From: Podarcis muralis
Lineage: Eukaryota
Assembly (NCBI RefSeq): GCF_964188315.1
Contig: NC_135659.1
Location: 75,268,001 to 75,332,000, forward strand
Direction of reading: 5' to 3'
Length of the DNA stretch: 64,000 nt
Every line of letters begins with the position of its first letter. The stretch's first letter is position 1. The translations under genes and the position numbers were made by a program. The notes under the pieces were generated by a model that was not told the origin of the DNA, did no database searches, and saw nothing but the letters and a program-made list of their open reading frames with translations. Positions 11,351 through 20,314 of the stretch are shown here, one piece after another.

Positions 11351-12232
11351 TCAGCGGACATAACCACGAAACGCATCCGACTTCCAGCGGCCCAAATCCT
11401 TTATTCTAGCAGCCGACAAACCCCAATGAGCCGCTGTCGTTGCCGCCCCAATCCTGAAGGAATGAGGGGCATAACCATAGGCCGTGCCATCGCAAGCCAT
11501 AATCGCCTTTCGCATCACCTGCGCAAACTGGCGCCTTGTTAGGGGCAGCCCATTTTCATGTTTAAACAAAGGCCCATCGCCTGGGGGACGCACTGCTAAG
11601 TACTTGTTAACATCTTTTACAGGGCAAGGGCCTGCCCCCCCCGTAGCAGGGAGACGAATGACGGCACCCCTACCCTTTTGATCCGTCTTTGAATTCCTCA
11701 CTGTAATTATTAGCTCTGCAGGGAATAGCTGAAGGTCCCGGAGCAAAAGGCCCCTAGAACGACCATCCTTGAGATCTTCCAACACAAGCTCACCCACTCT
11801 CAATGCTCCGAAGAAGGCAATAGAGAAGGCAGCCGAAAACAGGCGAGCCTCATACCCTGACCAACAAACCACCCGCAGCCTCTTACGCATCCTGCTTAGC
11901 AAGTCAAAAGAAATTGGGTGCCGTGGGGCTGGCTGAGAAGGGCGAAGCCTACCCCAGCCGTCCAAAGCCTTGCGCACAACAAACTTCGAACAAGGGTCTC
12001 TATCAAAAAATGTCTCACAGAAAAATGCTATAGCAGCTGCCTGAATCCTAATGGTCTTAGCTGCACGCCCCAGCTGAAATAAGTGCGCCAGATAACTTAA
12101 CACCTGCGCAGAGGAGGGGGGGACGCCTTTTAATTCGCTGGCAGCCCGGCGCATGAACGCCAAAAAATCGGACCAGGCCTTTGTGTAGGATCTAAGAGTA
12201 GAAGGGGAAACAGATGCCGCTACTCCCTGCAA
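11351..12232 (-). CDS. Tyrosine recombinase (DIRS/Ngaro type)
   Basis: N-terminal SPSTLRSYTKAWSDF helix, then LRVGEL (R), SKTDQ (K), HSFR (HxxR), GRW and terminal RGY (Y). The track start is TTG. Confidence 0.95.
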   Translation of the reverse strand: MQGVAASVSPSTLRSYTKAWSDFLAFMRRAASELKGVPPSSAQVLSYLAHLFQLGRAAKTIRIQAAAIAFFCETFFDRDPCSKFVVRKALDGWGRLRPSQPAPRHPISFDLLSRMRKRLRVVCWSGYEARLFSAAFSIAFFGALRVGELVLEDLKDGRSRGLLLRDLQLFPAELIITVRNSKTDQKGRGAVIRLPATGGAGPCPVKDVNKYLAVRPPGDGPLFKHENGLPLTRRQFAQVMRKAIMACDGTAYGYAPHSFRIGAATTAAHWGLSAARIKDLGRWKSDAFRGYVR

Positions 12233-12234
12233 AA

Positions 12235-14199
12235 CTAATTGCTGCCAAGGTTCCAGAGATGATCCGGGAAATATTCCGGACGTATCCGAGCCTCTGGAAC
12301 CAGGAGTCTGAACCGCTCCATCTGAAAACGGGACAGAGCATCAGCAATTTCGTTAGTCACCCCGGGAATAAAACGTGCAGAAAACACTATATTATAACGC
12401 AAACAGTGCAATACGAAGGCTCTTAATAAGGCGGACACCCTGGGTGAACGTGACGACAACTTTGCCAGCACGGACACCACTGCCTGGTTATCAGTCCAGA
12501 AGCAGACACGACGGTTCCTGAATTCCTCGACCCACAAATGCACGGCCACTGCAATGGGAAAAAACTCGAGAAATGTTAGGTCCCGTGAAATCTCTCCTCC
12601 CTGCCAGGCGGGCGGCCAACGCTCAGCACACCATCGCCCTTTCCAGTAAAGACCAAAACCCAGGGAACCTGCAGCATCCGAATGGACCTGAAAATCATTG
12701 CGCAGGTTCAACGTGTCCCGCCATAATGAAACCCCATTGAATTCCTCCAGGAATTCCAACCATATGGAAAGATCCGACCTCACCTCACTAGAGAGGCGCA
12801 CTCGATGGTGAGGAGCCCTCAACCCCACAGTGAGACGCGCCAAGCGTGAACAGAAAGGGCGCCCAGGCGCCACCACTCTACACGCGAAATTCAGGTGCCC
12901 TAACAGGGATTGGATTTGTAACAAGGAAACTTTCCTCAAAGGAAGCAGTTCCTCTATGACCTTCTTCAAGGCTACTAGCTTGTCACGTGGTAAACTAGAA
13001 GTCTGGGAAACTGTATCCAACAGGATACCCAGGTAGGTAAGCTGGGTAGACGGACCTTCCGTCTTTTCCGCTGCCAGCGGAACCCCCAGCTCCTGGGTAA
13101 GGTCAGCAAATGCTTGCAGCAACACCGAGCAATCGCCAGTGTCGTGGGCTGAGGCCAATAAAAAATCATCCAAGTAATGAGTGACTCCGCCCAGCCCTGT
13201 TTTGGATTTAAGAGCCCACTCCAAAAAGGTGCTAAAAGATTCAAAAGCAGCACACGCTATTGAACATCCCATAGGCATGGCCTTGTCAAAATAGAATTTG
13301 CCCTCAAACTGAAAACCCAGTAGCCAAAAATCATCCGGATGAATCGGGAGGAGGCGAAATGCCGATTCAATATCACATTTCGCCAATAGGGCCGCGCGGC
13401 CAAACTTCCGAATCATCTTGATCGCCTGATCAAGAGATGCATACTTCACGGAGCAACGCTCCGGAGGTATAGCATCATTAACTGAGGTGCCCCTAGGATG
13501 TGACAAATTATGGATTAGACGAAATTCACCTGGGGCCTTCTTTGGCACGATACCCAATGGGGATACATGCAAATTATGAAAAGGAGGGGCATCGAAAGGA
13601 CCAGCCATCCGATGCATGGCCAGCTCCTTTGCGATCTTTTTACGGGCAACCTCAGGCAACTCCCGAACTGATTTTTGATTAGCTGGATTCCGTGCCACGG
13701 GTGGCATGGCTACCGGAATCCGAAAACCAACAGAAAAACCATCAATCAAATAGCCGGCAGCGTCCCTATCAGGATAAGATTGCAGCCAATGTTGTAGTGC
13801 CGGCAAACGAACAGGGGTATGAGCTAGGGAGAACAACACCTCATTTTCCTGTGCCTGATGTAGAAGCGAGAGAGGTGTTTTGCTTGGGGGGTTGCTGAGA
13901 ACCCCCTTTTCCCCCACGAAAGGGCCGCCGATACCCAAAACAAGAGGAGGCAGGATGCGAGCCATTGCATTTCTCACATATGTGAGCGTACCTGCAACCT
14001 TGACGCTGACAAGAGCCCTTATTAAACTCCCAGCAAGGTAAGCGACGGCTGGACCTAAAAGCCGTATTCTTCGGCTTCTGTTGCTCTGGCACCTTTTTAT
14101 CGATGAGTGGAGCAACATAGGTGGTCCACACATCGAGATCCTTGCGATCCCACCGAGCTGATGGGATCCTGGCGGCGCGACGCCTAAAGTGTTCATCAT
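12235..14199 (-). CDS. Reverse transcriptase + RNase H
   Basis: RT motifs: FRLIHNLS, KCDIESAFR, MPMGCS, YLDDFL. RH motifs: SDAAG, LEFFPI, TDNQAVV, ADALSR. The ORF ends about 30 aa after the last RH motif, so there is no methyltransferase. Confidence 0.96.
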   Translation of the reverse strand: MMNTLGVAPPGSHQLGGIARISMCGPPMLLHSSIKRCQSNRSRRIRLLGPAVAYLAGSLIRALVSVKVAGTLTYVRNAMARILPPLVLGIGGPFVGEKGVLSNPPSKTPLSLLHQAQENEVLFSLAHTPVRLPALQHWLQSYPDRDAAGYLIDGFSVGFRIPVAMPPVARNPANQKSVRELPEVARKKIAKELAMHRMAGPFDAPPFHNLHVSPLGIVPKKAPGEFRLIHNLSHPRGTSVNDAIPPERCSVKYASLDQAIKMIRKFGRAALLAKCDIESAFRLLPIHPDDFWLLGFQFEGKFYFDKAMPMGCSIACAAFESFSTFLEWALKSKTGLGGVTHYLDDFLLASAHDTGDCSVLLQAFADLTQELGVPLAAEKTEGPSTQLTYLGILLDTVSQTSSLPRDKLVALKKVIEELLPLRKVSLLQIQSLLGHLNFACRVVAPGRPFCSRLARLTVGLRAPHHRVRLSSEVRSDLSIWLEFLEEFNGVSLWRDTLNLRNDFQVHSDAAGSLGFGLYWKGRWCAERWPPAWQGGEISRDLTFLEFFPIAVAVHLWVEEFRNRRVCFWTDNQAVVSVLAKLSSRSPRVSALLRAFVLHCLRYNIVFSARFIPGVTNEIADALSRFQMERFRLLVPEARIRPEYFPDHLWNLGSN

Positions 14200-15364
14200 A
14201 TTTTATCGCCGCTTTTTCACCGGCTTTGGTAAAGGCGGAGCGAACAATAGATAAGTAAACCATCAAATGAAGAGATCTCCGCGGGTAAGCCGCCACCACC
14301 ACGCCAGCAAAGACCTGGAAACAATCGAGCCATATCTCGAAAGTCCTATCTGAAGGGGAAACACCCTGGCGTTTATTTGACGATTTCCCTTTTTCCTGGT
14401 CCTCCGAAGGAGGGGCCAGTTTGAAAATGTCTACATAACGGCCGTTCAGTATCCTAGAGCGCAGTTTTGACGACAAATGTGCACCTGGGATTATGTCCCT
14501 GGCGGAATTGGTAGATACTTTAACGTCAGGTACCAAAACGCCATCCTTACACTCTTGCACCGCTCCATACCTTGCCCGGTGGGTGTTGGCCCTACGATCC
14601 CAAGCCCACCGAGGCAGCCCCGTCGATTCCCCAAAGCCCCAATAAAGTTCCCGTGAGGCTCCCGTCTCATCGTCAGAACTAGAAGATGACATACCAGAAG
14701 AAGAGGAAGATGATTCGCCCCTCCTCCTCTTGGCACGCTTCCGGGAAGACCTCCTGCGGCGGCGCTTTCCACCCGAAGACTTCCTGGCAGGGACTGGCAG
14801 ACTATCCTCAATGGAAGACTCAGAGTCAGGGCTCAGGTGTGATGCACCTGGAACTGATGGAGGAGAAACAACAAGTGAGAGGCCGGAACCAGATGCCACC
14901 TCCACGGAATGTTGGGTGCGTCCACTACGGCGGGAGGAAGCTGCCAGAGGGCTTTTCTTTCCCGTGGCTCTCCCAGAGGAACGGCGTGGCCTTCGCGAAC
15001 GGCCGCGAACGGCAGGTAAGTCGCAGGGCTGGGAAGTCTGGGCATCAGACAGCAAACCCCTAGATGAAGAGCCTTCTCTCTCATCTTCACTAGACGATGG
15101 TGACGCAGGAGACGACGCCGCTACCGGACGAGGACGACTCCCAGACGTGGAAGGCTGGGCAGAGCATTGTTGAAGGAGACCATCCATTTCGGCTGCGAAA
15201 CGAGACAAAGCAACTGGGTTGCCGGCCATGCTTTCCACCAGAGACTGCACCCGGCCCACTGGTTGCCTCGGGGTGGGAGAACGAAGCGCCTGCGATGGAC
15301 CTCTAATAGGCCGTTTTGCAGCGGAAGCCAGGCCGGGGCGGGCAGTGACTTTCTTGGGAGCCAT
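13841..15364 (-). CDS. Gag-like protein (Ser/Arg-rich, C-terminal CCCH + CCHC zinc fingers)
   Basis: 507 aa starting at ATG. Contains CWEFNKGSCQRQGCRYAH followed by CEKCNGSHPASSC, and overlaps the RT ORF by 359 nt. Confidence 0.9.
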   Translation of the reverse strand: MAPKKVTARPGLASAAKRPIRGPSQALRSPTPRQPVGRVQSLVESMAGNPVALSRFAAEMDGLLQQCSAQPSTSGSRPRPVAASSPASPSSSEDEREGSSSRGLLSDAQTSQPCDLPAVRGRSRRPRRSSGRATGKKSPLAASSRRSGRTQHSVEVASGSGLSLVVSPPSVPGASHLSPDSESSIEDSLPVPARKSSGGKRRRRRSSRKRAKRRRGESSSSSSGMSSSSSDDETGASRELYWGFGESTGLPRWAWDRRANTHRARYGAVQECKDGVLVPDVKVSTNSARDIIPGAHLSSKLRSRILNGRYVDIFKLAPPSEDQEKGKSSNKRQGVSPSDRTFEIWLDCFQVFAGVVVAAYPRRSLHLMVYLSIVRSAFTKAGEKAAIKYDEHFRRRAARIPSARWDRKDLDVWTTYVAPLIDKKVPEQQKPKNTAFRSSRRLPCWEFNKGSCQRQGCRYAHICEKCNGSHPASSCFGYRRPFRGGKGGSQQPPKQNTSLASTSGTGK

Positions 15365-15420
15365 ACCTGCTACTTGAAATCAAACAGAGAATAAACGGTT
15401 GCTATAGTCGAAGAAACAAA

Positions 15421-15462
15421 CCTATCTATCTATCTATCTATCTGTCTGTCACAATTTAATAT

Positions 15463-15493
<31 letters not shown>

Positions 15494-15540
15494 TATTTTT
15501 AATTGAGATTTATATTATTTATTTTATTATTTATTTGCCT
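15421..15540. repeat. (CTAT)n and (ATTT)n microsatellites inside the YR element leader
   Basis: Direct reading of the tandem tetramers. Confidence 0.9.
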
Positions 15541-16703
15541 TCCAGAGCCTGAGTCTGAAATTAAAAGGAGTGCACTTGCTCCCCTCAACCAGCAGGGGGC
15601 ACCTGATAACCCTTAAGCTCAGTTAGGGAAGACGCAACCTTGCCCTGAGCCACCAGGGGGAGCTCCCAACAGATCTCCCGGCTGCAGTGACACCGCTCGG
15701 CCACAAGGTGGAGCCGTCGGACGAACTGGCTGCAGCTACAAGGAAATCTCCTCGCGCAGAGAGCGCTATTGGGCCCCTTACACCAAAATGTCGGGCGCAA
15801 GCGCGGGCCGCCGCTCCCGATCCCCGGCGAGCGGCCCCGCCGCCTCTCGCCGGAAGGGAAGGAGGGGGAAGCCGGGCGACCGTTAGGCCAAGCCCTGGAC
15901 GCCGCTAGGCCGGCTCGCGGATACAGCCGCAGTCCGGCCTGATTCCCCCACAAAATCCGGCCGCTCGCGCCCTCACCGCCGGCACCAGCGACGAGCGGCG
16001 GAAAAGCCTCTCCCGCACCTCCGGGGGCAATTAATCGGGGAACCGTCCCCCCCCCCCACAGCGGATGCCGCCGCAGGCCTGGGGAGAGGCCAAGGAACCG
16101 CACCGTCCCTTCTCAATCCCCGGCGGCCGCGAGCAGGTAAGGGGCAAGCTTAATTTTTTAAACGGAAAAACAGGGGAAAGAGGAAAAAAAAAAAGGAAAG
16201 AAAAGGGGGGGAGGGGGCCTTAAGGCAGCGGGACTTCAAGGCCCGAGCAGGCCTACCGTGCGCACCAGCCACGAGCTCCCAGCCGCGGCACCGGGGACGA
16301 GCGCCCTCAAAAAAGGGGGGGGGGGTGCCTAAGCAGCAGCCGCGGCGGCAGCCGGCAGCGAGCGACCCAAAAATTAATAAAAGGCCAGGTACCTAGCCCA
16401 AAGGCAGGTACCCGGAAGGCCGGGGGGGGGGGGACCCACCCTCAGGCCTATGGCTGTAGTCCACTCAATTTAAGTTAAGTAAAGGTAAAAGGATAAGAAA
16501 ATCAGTAGGGAGAGGATCAGGAAGAATGGGGCGATGGGAGGAAAAAACGCTAGAAGAAGGTAAGGGAGAGAGAGGAGGACAAAATCAAACGAGGCCAGGG
16601 AGTGACGAGGGAAAATTAGGAATTTGGGTAGGCCCAAGGAAAGCGAAAGTGAAAGGTGAATACAACCGTCTCCAGCAGCTCCTGATCCGATGCAAAAACG
16701 GCC

Positions 16704-16740
16704 AAGAGGAAGTCCAACCTCTGGCCCCCTGTATTTATAA
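16704..16740 (-). promoter_or_regulatory. Putative TATA box and initiator of the YR element
   Basis: Minus strand TTATAAATAC (16740-16731), then ACTTCCTCTT (16713-16704) about 26 nt later. CTTCCTCTT...GCATCGGAT is conserved in the 20315 unit. Confidence 0.6.
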
Positions 16741-18311
16741 CCTCTAACCCCTCCCAAATTCTCCTCACACGAAAAATCCCCGGCAACCCAATTTTAACCC
16801 CTTAGGAGGCTTGGGTTTACCAAATCTGCCTAATCACGGTCAGGTGGCTTGTTTCCCCCAACCGCAACACGTGCTCTCTGTTAAGGAGAACACGCTTTAC
16901 TGTTTATTTTAAAGAAAGTTCTGCAAAGTAAGCTTGGAATAATATTTTCATGGGTCTGGGCAATCTTCATTCCAAAAGGGCTCAGTTTTTATGCATCCAG
17001 TTACTTCATGCTGCACAATATTAATATCTGCAGAAAGTTGAAAGTCATCTTAATTCTGCCTGGTAAAGTTGGCACAGAAGTTGTTCTCTTAATATATAAA
17101 CAGCAGCATGACACTCAGAAGGTGCATTGCATGGAGTTCCATGCATGGAGTTCCACTTCAGTGAAGTGGGTGATTCAAATGGCATTTGCATAGACATAAT
17201 TCCATGTGCATATTTTTTTTTTAGAATATAGGGTGCAGCAACATGCTGGACTGCTTTCAGGATGAAACAAAAATGGTTCTATCTCCCTATGAATTAAAGG
17301 GAGAAGGTCAGATTAATAAATTCAAGCTGTTGCTTCCTGTCTTCAAATGGTTTTTGAACTCTATTTTTTTTTTTTTTTTTTTGCCAATCACCTTTTGCCA
17401 AAGGAGAGGCAGAGTTATTCCAGGAGGGTAACCTGAGTTATTATCAGAGTCTCCTTTTTCTTGTCTTGCTCCTGGTGCTGTGGCTCCCAATGTGAAGGGC
17501 AAAAATAAGAATAAAAAAAATACGGAGGATGCCTTTTATATGCCCTACATTAGCAAAAACACCAGATTGAGAGGATCAGAAATGGAAACTGCATTTCTCT
17601 TTTGAAAAGGTAGAGCGCTGATAGCATCTGTTTATCCTTCCCACGCTTCCGAACTCCTGCTGGGAGCTGCAGACTTCATCTAAGAAGACTGTACAGAAGA
17701 TTGCATACTTGATGATATACATGTGGGCAAAAAATGCTGACTATCTCCTCCAGAAACCCTCTATCCCTGAATGGCTCTAGATTAATTCTGGCATTATCAA
17801 GTTTGTTCATTTGTAGGCAAAATAGGATGGGTGATGCCTGCTGTGAGCCTCAACTTTCAAATAAGAGGAAGATATTGGATTGCACACTTGATGATATGGC
17901 TGTGGACCCAAACTCTGAAAATCTCCTTGTCAAATGTTTATAGCTTTGAATGATTATGGAGCATTGCTGCTATTATCAAAGCCCAGGCATTTTTAACAGA
18001 AAACAGGATTTCTAAGTCCCTGCTGTTTTCAGCTAAAGGAGAATATTTATTGCATTTTTATCCCACCCTCCATCCAACCAACCAACCAACCAACCTGTAA
18101 TGTCCCAAGGGAAGATACCAGGTTGCACTTTTGATGCACAGGTTGCCAAATCATAGAATAGCCCCTTTGTGATTCTGCATCCATCTATGTCTAAGAAATG
18201 CTAGTCATCTTGTTTTGGGGTACAATAGAATCTGATAGCATTTCATTTAAGAAGAATAGGATCTTTTGCTAGATTTGAAGCCAAATAGTTATTCCTAAAG
18301 TTATACCAAAT

Positions 18312-18767
18312 AGTAGTAGTAGTAGTAGTAGTAGTAGTAATAATAATAATAATAATTTATTATTTATACCCCGCCCATCTGGCTGGGTTTCCCCAGCCAC
18401 TCTGGGTGGCTTCCAACTGAATATTAAAAACAGTACAGCATCAAACATTAAAAACTTCCCTAAAGAGGGCTGCCTTCAGATGACTTTTAAAAGTAAAATA
18501 GTTGTTTATTGCTTTGACATCTGCTGGGAGGGCATTCCACAGGGCAGGCGCCACTACCGAGAAGGCCCTCTGCCTGGTTCCCTGTAACCTTACTTCTCAC
18601 AATGAGGGAACCGCCAGAAGGCCCTCGGCGCTGGATCTCAGTGTCCGGGCTGAACGATGGGGGTGGAGACGCTCCTTCAGGTATACTGGACCGAGGCCGT
18701 TTAGGGCTTTAAAGGTCAGCACCAACACTTTGAATTGTGCTCGGAAACGTACTGGGAGCCAATGCAC
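18312..18767 (-). mobile_element. L2-type LINE 3' fragment
   Basis: The minus strand translates HWLPVRFRAQFKVLVLTFKALNGLGPVYL...RAFSVVAPALWNALP, a typical L2 ORF2 C-terminus, and ends in a (TAA)n/(TAG)n tail. Confidence 0.9.
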
Positions 18768-18944
18768 ATCTCTCAGAACTGTTTATGCCAAACAGATAAT
18801 AGCTATAAAACTTTGAGCTGATCTAGGACTTTAATCTAGTGGTTTCAGTTACAGGTCTAGAGCACTGGTCACTGGATGCTATGCACACACAAAGACAGTG
18901 TGTGCTGTTTTGAAACCATAACATCAGCAAGACACATCAGCATC

Positions 18945-19047
18945 CCCTGTTCAATTCCCATCATCCCTGACCACTGGTCCTGTTAGCTAGGGATGATGGG
19001 AGTTGTAGTCCCAAAACATCTGGAAGGCCGAGTTTAGGGATGCCTGC
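18945..19047. mobile_element. Partial hAT MITE (6747 family)
   Basis: Carries aattcccatcatccctgaccactgg...gggagttgtagtcccaaaacatctgga and the right TIR only. Confidence 0.75.
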
Positions 19048-19137
19048 TCTAGAACTCACTGGATTCTAGGGAGCAGGCATTTGAGAACCAAGGTACCACT
19101 GTGTGTGTGTGTGTACATACACAGAGAGAGCAAGAGA

Positions 19138-19481
19138 NNNNNNNNNNNNNNNNNNNNNNNNNNNNNNNNNNNNNNNNNNNNNNNNNNNNNNNNNNNNNNN
19201 NNNNNNNNNNNNNNNNNNNNNNNNNNNNNNNNNNNNNNNNNNNNNNNNNNNNNNNNNNNNNNNNNNNNNNNNNNNNNNNNNNNNNNNNNNNNNNNNNNNN
19301 NNNNNNNNNNNNNNNNNNNNNNNNNNNNNNNNNNNNNNNNNNNNNNNNNNNNNNNNNNNNNNNNNNNNNNNNNNNNNNNNNNNNNNNNNNNNNNNNNNNN
19401 NNNNNNNNNNNNNNNNNNNNNNNNNNNNNNNNNNNNNNNNNNNNNNNNNNNNNNNNNNNNNNNNNNNNNNNNNNNNNNNNN
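19138..19481. other. Assembly gap (344 N)
   Basis: Run of n. Confidence 1.
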
Positions 19482-20314
19482 CTGCTAAACCTTTCTTTGG
19501 TGTCCAAAGCATACTGAGCATTGCACGAAACATAAAAGTGCTGTGTGATTCCTGTCTGTTTTGGAAAGAAGAAGAGAACAGAGGGAATGAGAATAGGAGA
19601 GGAATAAAGAAAGCAATATGACAGATGGTCAAGGAGAGGATTAAGTGGTAAGAGAGGGAACGAAACAAACTATGGAGGTGCAGCTGTAATAAGTTAGCTT
19701 TGAAATGGAGCATAAAGATAGAGAGCAGGCTTTATCCACATGTGCCGGCGGTGTGGCTATTGGAGGCAGAGGGAGCAGTATGGCAGAGGTACAGTGGCAG
19801 GACAGGAACAAAAGAGGTCAATCGCAGATGAACAAAGGTGGCAAGTAGCAGGTGCGCTGTCCCAATTTATTTTGGCTGCACTGCTAGGGAATATCACTGA
19901 GAAGCAGAATGCTGCAGAGCTATTGTTGTTCCAAAGGATGGTGTGTTCCAGGTATCCTGCTGGAAGCCATAACCCTGTGTGAAAGTCATTCATCATGTGT
20001 CGCCCTCTTTTATCATGGTGTCAAGGACTGGCCCACTTGCTCAGTGGTGTGCAGGATGGTCATCTTGACTTCAAGCAGGAATCCTGAAGGGAACCATGGG
20101 GGGGGGGGTGATATTGTGAAGCTGATGGCGAGCAAGTGGAAATGTCTATAATAAAGTATTTCTGTTACAGTTACAATCCTCTCCCCTTCTTGGTGCAGAA
20201 ACAGAACTAGGTGCATTTTCATACAGCAGACCCAATTTCCTGCCATCTTTTTTACTATGTAGAACCTGTTTAGTGCTTAGAGTTCCCCCTCATCTTGTAG
20301 GTTTTCTTTACAAA

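Larger units (their letters stand above)
10294..16895 (-). mobile_element. Tyrosine-recombinase retrotransposon with Ngaro-type gene content (gag, RT-RH, YR, SGNH hydrolase)
   Basis: Four open ORFs in the order gag > RT/RH > YR > hydrolase, with no DAM-methyltransferase after RNase H. Termini are GCGTGTT...AACACGC, flanked by TTT on both sides of the + strand (10291-93, 16896-98). The ends are confirmed by homology to 20315-21120. Confidence 0.93.

Noticed and set aside
14491-16103. Alternative ORFs 14686-15063, 14730-15173, 14491-14811 and 15585-16103
   Set aside because: Shadow or stop-poor frames in GC-rich gag and leader DNA, with no domains.
10294-16895. Classification as a DIRS1-type or LTR (Gypsy) element
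   Set aside because: No methyltransferase, no long ITR/ICR, no DDE integrase or protease, and no TSD.
19049-19713. ORFs spanning the N run
   Set aside because: Artefacts of translating an assembly gap.
19482-20260. Long frames with few stops after the gap
   Set aside because: No recognisable domain or consistent splice signals.
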